Shown here: piece by piece, positions 21,824-31,099 of the stretch
How the letters are laid out: each line of letters opens with the position of its first letter
Numbering within the stretch: position 1 is the first letter of the stretch
Assembly (NCBI GenBank): GCA_041687695.1
Contig: JAWLBL010000027.1
Coordinates: 32,001-96,000, forward strand
DNA: 64,000 nt
Source: Myxococcota bacterium
GTDB taxonomy: Bacteria; Myxococcota_A; UBA9042; PHBI01; JAWLBL01
Reading direction: 5' to 3'
Position numbers and translations under genes: made by a program
The notes under the pieces: model-generated
Told to the model about the DNA's origin: nothing
The model's database searches: none
Seen by the model: only the letters and a program-made list of their open reading frames with translations

Positions 21824-22441
21824 TCAAGGCACGGGCGGGCCGGACGGCAGCGGCTCGAGCCCGCCGAGCACGCGCCGGACGACCGCCAGATCCGGCCCGT
21901 CGTCCGAGCGCCCCCAGCGGGTCGTCAGCAGCACCGACAGCGTGGCCTCGCCCGCCGGCAGGAAGGCGGCGTAGGTCCTGCGATGATCCCCCAGCGGGCG
22001 GCCGTACACCCCCAGCCGCGCGGCGCCGAACCCGCGCAGCCCGGTCAGGCGCTCCAGCAGCGCTCGCTCGCAGGCCGCACCCAGATGGCTGGGCCCCAGC
22101 TCCGCGGCCTCCACGGCACGCTTGACCTCCTCGACGCGGTCGGCGCCGGCGAGCGTGCTCCGTCGCAAGACCAGCCGCGACTTGCCGCTCGACGAGACGA
22201 TCTCGACCAACGCGCCCGTGCGCTCGACCTTCCAATCGGCGGGCACCTGCACGACGGCGCCGACCGCCTCGAGCTCCAACCGCTGCCACCCGGGTCCCGG
22301 GCGGAACCCCTCCTGGGGGGCCGAGAGCGGGCAGCCGAAGAGGCGCTCGACCGGCGGGGGCTCGGCCTGGGCCGCCGCGGCGCCCCACAGGACGAGCGCC
22401 AGTGCGACCGGCAGGGCCCTCGCCGCGCGCGCTGCGGTCAC
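21824..22441 (-). CDS. Hypothetical exported protein
   Basis: GTG start overlaps the gshB stop (GTGA); signal peptide LPVALALVLWGAAAAQA; VQVPADW motif. Confidence 0.6.
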   Translation of the reverse strand: MTAARAARALPVALALVLWGAAAAQAEPPPVERLFGCPLSAPQEGFRPGPGWQRLELEAVGAVVQVPADWKVERTGALVEIVSSSGKSRLVLRRSTLAGADRVEEVKRAVEAAELGPSHLGAACERALLERLTGLRGFGAARLGVYGRPLGDHRRTYAAFLPAGEATLSVLLTTRWGRSDDGPDLAVVRRVLGGLEPLPSGPPVP

Positions 22442-23382
22442 CCGCGCGCCCTCAGGCGGGCCTCGGCGGCGTCGAGGACCATGGCCGCGACCGAGATCCC
22501 CTCGAACGCGTCGAGCTCGTGGATGCCGGTCGGGCTGGTCACGTTGACCTCGGTCAGCTGGTCGCCGATGACGTCGATGCCGACGAAGACCTGCCCCGCC
22601 TCGGCCAGCGCCGGGCCGATGGTCGCGCAGATGACGCGCTCGCGCTCGGTCAGCGTCGTCGGCCGGACGACGGCGCCCACGTGGATGTTGCCGCGGTGAT
22701 CCACGCCCTGCGGGACGCGCAGGATCGCCCCCACCGGCTCGCCCTCGACCAGGATGATGCGCTTGTCGCCGGCCTTGGCCTCCGGCAGGTAGCGCTGCGC
22801 CAGCACCTTGCGCGCGCCGTGCACGGTCGACATCTCGATGATGACGCCGATGTTCGGATCGTCGCGCCGGACGACGAACACGCCCTCGCCGCCGTTGCCG
22901 TCCAGCGGCTTGATGACGATGGCGCCCAGCTCCTCGGCGAAGGCCCGCAGCCGCGCCTCGGACTGGGTGATGAGCGACTCGGGCACCAGCTCGGGGAAGC
23001 GCATCGCCCAGACCTTCTCGCTCATCGCGCGCAGGCCCGCCGGCGCGTTGAGGACCAGCGCGTGCTGGTTGGCGACGTCCAGCAGGTACGTGTTGAAGAC
23101 GTACCCCATGTCGAACGGCGGGTCTTTGCGCATCCAGACGACGTCGACCTCGCCCAGATCCAGGTCGGCCGGCGCCGCGAGCGCGGCGTGCTCGCCCTGC
23201 ACCGGCTTGAGCTGCGCCCCGCGCGCGACCACGCGCGCACGCCCCGCGCGCAGATACAGATCGCCCACCAGGGCGTAGAGCACCTCGTGCCCACGCCGCT
23301 GCGCCTCGAGCATCAGCGCGAAGGTCGAGTCCTTGTCGACGCGGATCCCCTCGATGGGGTCCATCAGGAAGACGTGCCTCAC
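22438..23382 (-). CDS. gshB: Glutathione synthetase (314 aa)
   Basis: MRHVFLMDPIEGI...KDSTFALMLEAQRRG, MRKDPPFD, KPLDGNGGEG, GDKRI, RGNIHVG, GIDVIG..LTEVNVTSPTG; GTG at 23382 overlaps the upstream stop. Confidence 0.95.
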   Translation of the reverse strand: MRHVFLMDPIEGIRVDKDSTFALMLEAQRRGHEVLYALVGDLYLRAGRARVVARGAQLKPVQGEHAALAAPADLDLGEVDVVWMRKDPPFDMGYVFNTYLLDVANQHALVLNAPAGLRAMSEKVWAMRFPELVPESLITQSEARLRAFAEELGAIVIKPLDGNGGEGVFVVRRDDPNIGVIIEMSTVHGARKVLAQRYLPEAKAGDKRIILVEGEPVGAILRVPQGVDHRGNIHVGAVVRPTTLTERERVICATIGPALAEAGQVFVGIDVIGDQLTEVNVTSPTGIHELDAFEGISVAAMVLDAAEARLRARG

Positions 23383-24188
23383 GGGCCGACCCCCTGGTCC
23401 TCGCCGTCGCCGCCCTCGCCTTCCGGCGACGCGCCGCCTTCGCCCTGCTCGCCGTCGACCGGCTCCGCCACGCTCGGCAGATCCCAGCCCCAGCCGACCA
23501 TCATCAGCTCGCGATCGCCGCCCTTGACCCCGATGAGCCGCCCCTTGGGGCCCACCCACACGGTCAGCTGCGGCCCGAGCCCATCGATCGTCCAGGCCTG
23601 CACGGTCGCGGTCTCGCCCTTGGCGGTCCGCGCGGGCCGCGGCTCGCCCCGTGTGGCGGTCGCCGACCCGGTGGTGCCCTTGTCGACGTCCAGGAAGGGA
23701 ACGGTGACGGTCGCCTTGCTGGCGTCGAGCCGCGCGACCCAATGCCACAGGGTCGACCACACGCGCGCGTCCCACACCGCGTGCCCGGCGACGCCCGCCA
23801 GATCCGCCGGCTTGCGCGCGCTGTTGATGCCGACGATGCGCACCCCCTCGCCGCGCAGGAACGCGAACACGCCCTCGCCCTTCCGCTTGTCCTCGAGCCG
23901 CCGGTACTTCTGCAGCGTGCCCTCCGGATCGCGCTGCAGGTGGCCGATGAGCTTGACGCCGCCCTTGGCCGCCGGCTTGACGGTGAACGTCGCGAAGCGC
24001 GTCTTCGTCGGGCTCAGGACGGCCTTGAGGCTCTCGGTCGCGGCCGGCGCCCCGGCCTTGGTCACGGCCCAGCTGGCCTCGTGCTCGACCGTCTCGGCCG
24101 GCGCGTCGCCCGCGTGCGCCATCCCGGCGCCCAGGAGCGTCGCCAGGGTCAGGGCCAAAACCAGGCTCGAACGCTTCCGCAGCGCCAT
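23379..24188 (-). CDS. Hypothetical exported beta-rich protein with an acidic tail
   Basis: GGAGG SD, then MALRKRSSLVLALTLATLLGAGMAHA signal peptide; translationally coupled to gshB. Confidence 0.7.
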   Translation of the reverse strand: MALRKRSSLVLALTLATLLGAGMAHAGDAPAETVEHEASWAVTKAGAPAATESLKAVLSPTKTRFATFTVKPAAKGGVKLIGHLQRDPEGTLQKYRRLEDKRKGEGVFAFLRGEGVRIVGINSARKPADLAGVAGHAVWDARVWSTLWHWVARLDASKATVTVPFLDVDKGTTGSATATRGEPRPARTAKGETATVQAWTIDGLGPQLTVWVGPKGRLIGVKGGDRELMMVGWGWDLPSVAEPVDGEQGEGGASPEGEGGDGEDQGVGP

Positions 24189-24306
24189 CCCGTCCTCCAA
24201 GGTCGTCGCGCGGCCGCCAAGCGGCCATTGCGCGTGGGTGTGAACTCCCGTTAGTTTCCCGACCGGGAAGGTGTCAAGGGTGGCGTGTATTCCCCGGAGG
24301 CTCCCG

Positions 24307-25164
24307 GTGCGCTTCAGCAAGTATCACGGTCTCGGCAACGACTTCGTGATCCTCGACGGCGGGCTCGAGGGTGTCGCCACCCCGTCGCGGGCCGACGTCG
24401 TGGCCCTGTGCCGGCGCGGACACGGCATCGGCGCCGACGGCGTCATGCTGGCACGCCCTCCCAGCGACCCCGCGCTGGCCGACCTGCGCATGGAGCTGGT
24501 CAACAGCGACGGCTCCATCCCCGAGATGTGTGGCAACGGGCTGCGCTGCTTCGTCAAGTACGCCGTGGACGCCCTGGGCCATTCGGCCAACCCGCTGCGG
24601 GTCGAGACCAACGGCGGCGTCCTGGCCTGCGTCTGGACGGCCGACGCGGCCGGCGTGCGCACCGTGCGCGTCGACATGGGCCGACCTCGCTTCGAGCGCG
24701 CGAGCGTCCCGGTGCAGGGCGAAGGCCAGGCCGACGAGGTGCAGGTCCCATGCGAGGACCGCGTCTTCGTCGCGACCGGCGTCAACACCGGCAACCCGCA
24801 CATGGTCATCTTCGGCGACGCCACCCTGGACACGGCGCTGCGCTGGGGGCCGCTGTTGACGACGCATCCCATGTGGCCCCAGGGCGCCAACGTCGAGTTC
24901 GCCGACGTCACCGGCCCCGACCACCTGACCGTCACGGTCTGGGAGCGAGGCTGTGGCCTGACGCAGGCTTGCGGCACGGGCGCCACGGCCACCGCGGCGG
25001 CCGCCGTGCGCCGCGGGCTGATGCCGTTCGACGCGCCCATCCGGGTCAGCCTGCCGGGCGGCGATCTGGCGATCACCATCGCCGAGGGCTTCCGCACGGC
25101 CTTCATGGAAGGTCCGGCGACCCTGGTGTACCGCGGCGAGCTGGCGCCGGGCTGGCGAGGCTGA
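24307..25164 (+). CDS. dapF: Diaminopimelate epimerase
   Basis: FSKYHGLGNDF, GIGADG, NSDGS..EMCGNG.RC, GNPH, NVEF, WERGCGLTQACGTG, LPGG; GGAGG SD before GTG 24307. Confidence 0.95.
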   Translation: MRFSKYHGLGNDFVILDGGLEGVATPSRADVVALCRRGHGIGADGVMLARPPSDPALADLRMELVNSDGSIPEMCGNGLRCFVKYAVDALGHSANPLRVETNGGVLACVWTADAAGVRTVRVDMGRPRFERASVPVQGEGQADEVQVPCEDRVFVATGVNTGNPHMVIFGDATLDTALRWGPLLTTHPMWPQGANVEFADVTGPDHLTVTVWERGCGLTQACGTGATATAAAAVRRGLMPFDAPIRVSLPGGDLAITIAEGFRTAFMEGPATLVYRGELAPGWRG

Positions 25165-25205
25165 GGCGAACGCCGCGTCGGCGAGGTCGAGGCGCGGTTC
25201 CGACT

Positions 25206-25306
25206 GGCGAGGCTGAAGCGCGCCCCGGGCTGGCGCGGCTGAAGGCGTCGCCGCGGCGGCGAGGCTGAGGCGCGCCCCGGGCTGGCGCGGCTGAGGGTGT
25301 CGCCGC
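25206..25306. repeat. Two-copy 52-bp tandem repeat resembling the 3' end of dapF
   Basis: GGCGAGGCTGA(A/G)GCGCGCCCCGGGCTGGCGCGGCTGA(A/G)GG(C/T)GTCGCCGC at 25206 and 25258; sub-motif GGGCTGGCG(A/C)GGCTGA matches the dapF stop region. Confidence 0.8.
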
Positions 25307-25332
25307 CCCCGGGTCGCCGGGCGCCGTGGCTT

Positions 25333-25450
25333 CCGAGGCGTTCGAAACGGAAGAGGCCAGGGCGCTGCCTGGCCTCTCGTCCCGATCACCGAGGCGTTCG
25401 AAACGGAAGAGGCCAGGGCGGTGCCTGGCCTCTCGTCCCGATCACCGAGG
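25333..25450 (-). terminator. Tandemly duplicated (2 x 56 bp) intrinsic terminator downstream of rplC
   Basis: Unit CCGAGGCGTTCGAAACGGAAGAGGCCAGGGCG(C/G)TGCCTGGCCTCTCGTCCCGATCA at 25333 and 25389. Stem GAGGCCAGG/CCTGGCCTC, followed on the minus strand by TTCCGTTTC. Confidence 0.8.
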
Positions 25451-25456
25451 GTCGGA

Positions 25457-26116
25457 TCAGGGCAGGAACTTCGGCTGCTTGCTGCTGACGCGGGCCGAGA
25501 TGATGGCCCCCTTCGCGCCCGGGACCGCGCCGCGGACGAGCAGCAGGTTCTGCTCCGGGAACACGGCCACCACGGTGATCGCGCGAACGGTGACGCGCTC
25601 GCTGCCGGTGTGACCCGCCATGCGGCGGCCCGGCATCACGCGGCCCGGGTAGGCCGAAGCGCCGATGGAGCCGCCGTGGCGCCGGTACTCGTGCGTACCG
25701 TGCGAGCTCTCCTTGGCGCCCTTGAAGCCGTGGCGCTTGATGACGCCCTGGAATCCCTTGCCTTTGCTGGTGCCGGTGACGTCGACCTTCTGGCCCGGCT
25801 GGAACATGCCGACCGTCAGCTCGTCACCCACCGAGTAGTCGCCGATGAAGTCGTCGGCGACGCGGAACTCCTGGACGTGGCGGCGCGGCTCGAGGTTGAG
25901 GGCGCGGAAGACGCCGGCCTCGGGGCGGGTCAGCTTGTTCGGCTTGATGTCGCCGTAGCCCACCTTGATCGCGTTGTAGCCGTCCTTGCCTTCCTTGGTC
26001 TTGACCTGCAGGACCTGGTTCGGGCCCATCTCCAGCACGGTCACGGGGACCAGGTTGCCCTCCTGGTCGAAGACCTGGGACATCCCGACCTTCTTACCCA
26101 ACAATCCACGAGCCAT
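25457..26116 (-). CDS. rplC: 50S ribosomal protein L3 (stand-alone)
   Basis: GLLGKKVGMSQVF, PVTV, DGYNA, VDVTGTSKGKGFQGVIKRHGF, SHG, GSIG..PGRV..G..MAG, GAVPG. Confidence 0.97.
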   Translation of the reverse strand: MARGLLGKKVGMSQVFDQEGNLVPVTVLEMGPNQVLQVKTKEGKDGYNAIKVGYGDIKPNKLTRPEAGVFRALNLEPRRHVQEFRVADDFIGDYSVGDELTVGMFQPGQKVDVTGTSKGKGFQGVIKRHGFKGAKESSHGTHEYRRHGGSIGASAYPGRVMPGRRMAGHTGSERVTVRAITVVAVFPEQNLLLVRGAVPGAKGAIISARVSSKQPKFLP

Positions 26117-26332
26117 TGGTGCGTCCTCGGTGCTCCACGGCGCTCGCGCCGATGGTCCATTCCATTCGTCTGCTGCGGCACCGTGCGCCGCCGCGCCTCC
26201 CAGCGCGGTCCGAAGCGCGGCAGCCGGCCGAAGGGAGTGCGGGAAGCTAGCAGCGCCCCCGCGACGGTGTCAATCAAAAGTGGGCCCGGCGTCCGCCGGC
26301 CGGACCGCCCCATGGCGGCCCCCACAACGACG

Positions 26333-26355
26333 AAGGGGGCCATGAGGGCCCCCTT
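26333..26355 (-). terminator. Terminator-like hairpin after the GltJ-like gene
   Basis: AAGGGGGCC-ATGAG-GGCCCCCTT, 24 bp after the stop at 26380; minus-strand tail CGTCGTTGT. Confidence 0.6.
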
Positions 26356-26379
26356 GCGCGCGCGCCCGCAGGGGGCGAG

Positions 26380-28164
26380 CTACTGCAGCCGCAGCGGGTA
26401 GTTCACCACCATCTGCGGATCCTTGAACTTCGGGAAGTTCAGGGCCTTGAGGGCCGAGACGATGCAGCCCTGCACCTCGGGGGTGGTCCCGCCGGGGTTC
26501 GACACGCGCGCCGACGACACCGAGCCGCTCGACACGATCGTGAACGACGTACCCACGGTCACGCCCCCGGCGACGGGCGGCATCTTCTTGTAGCAGGCCA
26601 GGAACTTGCCGTTGCTGCCGCGCACCGTCTTCTGCACGACCGGGGCGGCGAGGCGCTGCGGCAGCGACTCGTTCGAGCCCGTGTCGGTCTTCGTCTCCTG
26701 CTTGGCCTCCTGGAGGTTCTTGAGCAGGTTGTTGACGTCCTTGGTGTTCTGCTTGTTGTCCACCGTGGGCGTGGGGGTCGGCTTGGGAGCGTCGTCCTTC
26801 TTGGTCTCGGCCTGGGCGGCCTTGGCCTCGCGAAGACGCTTTTCGCGCTCCTTGCGCGCCTTCTCCTTGTCCGGATCCTCGTCCTTCTTGGCGGCGGCCT
26901 GGGGCTCCGCCTCCTTCGCGCCGTCCTTGGCCTCGGCCGCGGCCTCGTCCTTCTTCTCCTCGCCCTCGGCGGCCTTGGGCTCCTCGCCCTTGGGCTCCTC
27001 GGCCTTCGCCGCGGCCGTGGCGGCCTCATCTTTCTTGTCCTCGGGCTTGGGCTCCTCGGTCTTGCCCACCGTCGCCGTCGCCGGCTCGGGCGTCGGCGCG
27101 GGCGCGACCTGCTGCTGCTGCGCGACCGGCGGCTGCTCGCCCTTGTTCTGGCTCATCAGGAACCAGGCCACGCCGCCACCGCCGAGCACGAGCACGATCG
27201 CGGCGATGGCGATCCACGGCCCCGACCCGCCGCTCTTCTTCTGCACGATCGGGACGCTGACGGCCGCGACGTTGGCGCGCGACGGCTGCGACAGCCCCGC
27301 GGTGTTGAGATCGCCGAACGGGTTGTCGTTGCCGCCCTTGCGCTGCGACGAGGCGACGGCGCGGATGTCGATGAGGCCCGAGGACTCGGTGACGAGCGCC
27401 TCGTCCTTGCTCATGCCCTTCTTGTCGCCGCCGCCGAGGTCGTCGAGGCTGAAGAGCACCGAGGAGTCACGGCGCTGGTGCACGTTCGCCGGATCGTCGT
27501 TGGGCGACGGCACGTCGAAGTTGAAGAGATCGTCGTCCTCGGCGGCGGGCGCCGAGGCGGCCGGGGCCGGGGCCGCGGCGACCGGCGCGGGCTCCGCGCT
27601 GGCGGCGAGGGCCGCGAACGGATGATCGTCGGCGTCGTCGACGCTCGACGCCGGGATGGCCTCGTCGCCGAACAGCCCGCCCAGGGGCGCCGACTCGGCC
27701 GGCTCGGGCTCCGGCGCGGCGGCGGGGACCTCGGCGGCGAACGCGGCCTGCGCGGCCAGCAGATCCGCCTGTGACATGTAGGCCGTGTCGGTGTTGTCCT
27801 CGGCCGCGTCGCCCGCGTCCAGGGCCCCGCCGGCGTCGAGCAGATCCTGCAGCTCGGCGACCGACTCGAGCAGGGACCAGTTCGCCATGCCGTTCTGCCA
27901 GACGTAGGTCTGCGCCGTGACCTCGCCGGCCTGCACCAGCCCGGCCAGCGCCTCGCGCGTGATCGGCCCGCGGCGGTCGTTACCGACGGCGTAGTACCAG
28001 ACGGCGTCGTCGCTCGCGCCCGCGTCGCCGCCCTCGCCCACTCCCTTGACGGTCATCATCTCGCCGCAGCTCTTGCAGCGGATCTTGAACGTCTTCCCGG
28101 CGCCCCGGATCTTCTCGTCCGGGATCGAGTACCGGGTATTGCAGGATTCGCACGTGATCTTCAT
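26380..28164 (-). CDS. GltJ/AgmX-like gliding-motility protein (zinc ribbon, GYF_2, TM, charged linker, TonB-C-like domain)
   Basis: MKITCESCNTRYSIPDEKI...KIRCKSCG; WYYAVGNDRRGP...VWQNGMANW (GYF_2); RRDSSVLFSL and SGLIDIR motifs; TM; C-terminal FLACY...FTIVSSGSV...CIVSAL..LNFPKF. Confidence 0.8.
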   Translation of the reverse strand: MKITCESCNTRYSIPDEKIRGAGKTFKIRCKSCGEMMTVKGVGEGGDAGASDDAVWYYAVGNDRRGPITREALAGLVQAGEVTAQTYVWQNGMANWSLLESVAELQDLLDAGGALDAGDAAEDNTDTAYMSQADLLAAQAAFAAEVPAAAPEPEPAESAPLGGLFGDEAIPASSVDDADDHPFAALAASAEPAPVAAAPAPAASAPAAEDDDLFNFDVPSPNDDPANVHQRRDSSVLFSLDDLGGGDKKGMSKDEALVTESSGLIDIRAVASSQRKGGNDNPFGDLNTAGLSQPSRANVAAVSVPIVQKKSGGSGPWIAIAAIVLVLGGGGVAWFLMSQNKGEQPPVAQQQQVAPAPTPEPATATVGKTEEPKPEDKKDEAATAAAKAEEPKGEEPKAAEGEEKKDEAAAEAKDGAKEAEPQAAAKKDEDPDKEKARKEREKRLREAKAAQAETKKDDAPKPTPTPTVDNKQNTKDVNNLLKNLQEAKQETKTDTGSNESLPQRLAAPVVQKTVRGSNGKFLACYKKMPPVAGGVTVGTSFTIVSSGSVSSARVSNPGGTTPEVQGCIVSALKALNFPKFKDPQMVVNYPLRLQ

Positions 28165-28439
28165 CGGGCCTCTTCTGCGGGAGCAGGGTCGTCGGTCGCG
28201 TCCGGCGCGCTCGGCTGACGCAAGGTCAGCGCTAATATAGGGGATTGCAACGGTTATCGGCAACCCCGGGCGAGCGCGGAGCCGGTGGCGTCTGGTGGCG
28301 GGCTCGCGGGCCTCCCAACGACGAGTTGACGGGACGGGACCGGGGGCATGGTGTCCCCAGCTTCCAAAGACGAACGGACGCCCGAAACGTCACACCGATC
28401 TATCACGGGCGCTCCCGACGGCCCACCCGTCCGGCCTCG

Positions 28440-29810
28440 TCACGACGCGGCCGAGGTGCCCGGCGGCCGCCCGCGCAGCCGGTGGATGCGCCGCCGCAAC
28501 ATGGCGCGCGCGGTGGGCTCCAGATCGCCGACCACCGTGACCTGCAGCCGCTCGGGCCGCACGAGCCGCGCGCAGGCCGCGCGCACGTCCTCGGGGCTGA
28601 GCCGCATGACGCGCTCGAAGCGCTCGGTCGCGCTCTCGTCGGGCATGTAGACGTGCTGCAGGCCCATCCAGTAGGCCATCGCCGACGCCGAGTCGACCGT
28701 GGTCTCCCAGTCGAAGGCGAAGCGGCGCCGGATGCGCTCCCACTCCTCGGCGCTGGCCTCTAACCGACCGAGATCACCGACGATCTCGACGACGGCGTCG
28801 ACGACCTGGATCACCTTGTCGTGCGACACCGAGGCCTCGACCGTCAGCAGGCTCACCCCGTGATAGGTCTCGAGATCGCTGCCCAGGTGGTAGGCCAGCC
28901 CCTCCTCGTCCACGATCCGCCGCCGCAGCCGCGAGCAGGTCCCGTCGTCGAGCAGCCGGTGCCCCAGCTGCAGCGCCGGGAAGTCCTCGTGGTGCTCGGA
29001 CGGCAGCACCCAGGCGAGCTGCAGGTTCGTCTGGCTGCCGCGCTGGATGACCGACTCGAGGGCCGGCAGATCCGAGCGGACGGACAGCGGCCCCACCTCG
29101 CGCGCCTCGCCCGCCGGCAGCGCCCCGAAGGCCGCCGCGGCCTGCGCCATCACCCGATCGTGGTCGACGGGACCGGCCACCGCCAACACCAGGTTGCGAG
29201 CGGCGTAGTGGCGCTCGTACCACCGGCGGCAGTCGGCGTCGGTGAAGCGCTTGACCAGCTCGATGCGCCCGCCGATCTTCTGGCCGAAGCTGGATCCGGC
29301 GAAAAGGGCCATCTTGGCGACGTTGTCCACGTCGACGTCGCGCCCGGTCTCGTCGATCTCGTCCTGCAGCTCCTCGACGATGACCTGCCGCTCGAGGTCG
29401 ACGTCCTGCAGCAGGTTGCGGCCCATCATCCGGCCGACGAGGTCCAGCACGTCACCGACCGCGTCGGGCCAGCAGGTCGCGTCGAAGGCGCTGTAGTCGC
29501 GCGCGGTCGCCCCGCCGAGCGCCGTCGCCCAGCGCTCGATGGCTGCGTTGAAGGCGTAGGCGGACGGGTAGCCCTCGCACCCACGGAACAGCACGTGCTC
29601 GAGCAGGTGGCTCAGCCCGCTCTCCTCGGGCGCCTCGAAGCGCGACCCGACGCGGACGAACACCGTCACGGCGGCCGCGCGCAGGTGCGGCAGCGCCGAC
29701 GTCAGGACCGTCAGCCCGTTGTCGAGCCGCCCGCGCCGCACGTCTGGCCACCCACACGGGCCCGCGCCGACCGGCCCGACCGTCCCTTGCCCATCGCGTC
29801 GACTATCCAT
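28440..29810 (-). CDS. M16 family (insulinase/pitrilysin) zinc peptidase
   Basis: LDNGL, VGSRFE, inverted zinc motif GLSHLLEHVLFRG, ERQVIVEE, SRL...GLAY. Start uncertain (29810 or 29855). Confidence 0.9.
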   Translation of the reverse strand: MDSRRDGQGTVGPVGAGPCGWPDVRRGRLDNGLTVLTSALPHLRAAAVTVFVRVGSRFEAPEESGLSHLLEHVLFRGCEGYPSAYAFNAAIERWATALGGATARDYSAFDATCWPDAVGDVLDLVGRMMGRNLLQDVDLERQVIVEELQDEIDETGRDVDVDNVAKMALFAGSSFGQKIGGRIELVKRFTDADCRRWYERHYAARNLVLAVAGPVDHDRVMAQAAAAFGALPAGEAREVGPLSVRSDLPALESVIQRGSQTNLQLAWVLPSEHHEDFPALQLGHRLLDDGTCSRLRRRIVDEEGLAYHLGSDLETYHGVSLLTVEASVSHDKVIQVVDAVVEIVGDLGRLEASAEEWERIRRRFAFDWETTVDSASAMAYWMGLQHVYMPDESATERFERVMRLSPEDVRAACARLVRPERLQVTVVGDLEPTARAMLRRRIHRLRGRPPGTSAAS

Positions 29811-29950
29811 ACCTTGCACGTTATACCGTCCTACCGACCACTCGCGACGACTCACTTCGCTCGCCGACGCCGCGGCGCCGACCCCTGCCGGGCAGCGCCG
29901 ACGCGCGCGGCTCGAGCGGCGGACCCATGGGAAAGGGCTCGAACTAGTTC

Positions 29951-31087
29951 ATGACCGCAGAACACGTCAACTCGCGCTCGGTGCTCCCCGCCCTGCCGGA
30001 CGCCCCGGGCGCAGGCGCCGAGCCCGCTCCGCCACCCGCTGTCACCTCGCAGCCCCTGGACCTGACCGCCATGGACGCCCACTCGGTTCGTCTGCTCCTC
30101 ACCGGCGGCTCGGTCGTCGACTGGCGCAGGCTCGCCTTCGAAAGCCCCGACGAGGTCGCGCGATTCCTGGAGGTCAACGGCTACTCGCTCGGCGACCCCG
30201 ACGAGATGGCGCGCTTTTGGGCCCTGCACGCGCGCGCCGTCGGCTACGTCGGCCGCACCTTCGACGTCACCATCCCCGAGCGCGTCCGGCACCCGGCCAG
30301 CGCGCCCGACCTGTTCCTGGCCGCCTCCGGCCCCGAGGGCGTCCTTCAGCGCACGGCGTGCGTTGTCCTCAAGATCATGCACGTCCTGAACCACCTCGAG
30401 GCGCGCCGGCTCGCCTATCTGCTCAGCGTCAGCGAGCGCGAGCTCTTCGAGGCGGCCGCCCGTCGCTTCGGCGCCCACATCGCCCGCATGCGCGAAGGCG
30501 GCCTGCCGCTGCTCGGCTACGAGCAGAGCACCAAGAGCGAGCACAGCCTCATCACCAAGCTGCTGTCCAAGCCGCGGGTCACCGCCGCCCAGATCTTCGA
30601 CAAGCTGCGCTTTCGCCTCATCACCCGCGAGCGCGACGATCTGGTCCCCGTGATGGTCTGGCTCACCCGCCACCTGCTGCCCTTCAGCCAGGTCATCCCC
30701 GGCGAGTCGCACAACACCATCCTGGACGAGGCCGAGCTGACCCACGCGCTCGCGCCCCACGGCGATCTGTCCGAGGTCCTCGCCCCGCGCGCCGGACAGT
30801 CGGTCGTCGCCCCCAGCAACCCGGCGACGGCGCGCGACTTCGGCATGATCAACTTCGTCGTCGATCTGCCCATCCGCGTGCGCTCGCTGTGCCCCGCCAG
30901 CGAGCTCGAGCACCTGTCGACCCTCGGCCACCTGGTCTTCGTCACCCTCGAGCTGCAGCTGTTCGACCGCGAGACCTTCCGCCGCAACACCAAGGGCGAC
31001 GCCAACCACGACGCCTACAAGAACCGCCAGCGGCTCGTCGTGGCCCAGCGCTTGTGGGGCGAAGACGCGCCCGACCTCAAGGCCTGA
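29951..31087 (+). CDS. TIGR04552-like protein (RelA/SpoT synthetase-like fold)
   Basis: LLLTGGSVVDW, KIMHVLNHL, KSEHSLITKLLSK, AAQIFDKLRFRLIT, INFVVDLPIR, ELQLFD, NTKGDANHDAYKNRQ. Family name recalled, not searched. Confidence 0.75.
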   Translation: MTAEHVNSRSVLPALPDAPGAGAEPAPPPAVTSQPLDLTAMDAHSVRLLLTGGSVVDWRRLAFESPDEVARFLEVNGYSLGDPDEMARFWALHARAVGYVGRTFDVTIPERVRHPASAPDLFLAASGPEGVLQRTACVVLKIMHVLNHLEARRLAYLLSVSERELFEAAARRFGAHIARMREGGLPLLGYEQSTKSEHSLITKLLSKPRVTAAQIFDKLRFRLITRERDDLVPVMVWLTRHLLPFSQVIPGESHNTILDEAELTHALAPHGDLSEVLAPRAGQSVVAPSNPATARDFGMINFVVDLPIRVRSLCPASELEHLSTLGHLVFVTLELQLFDRETFRRNTKGDANHDAYKNRQRLVVAQRLWGEDAPDLKA

Positions 31088-31099
31088 GGCGACGCCGGC

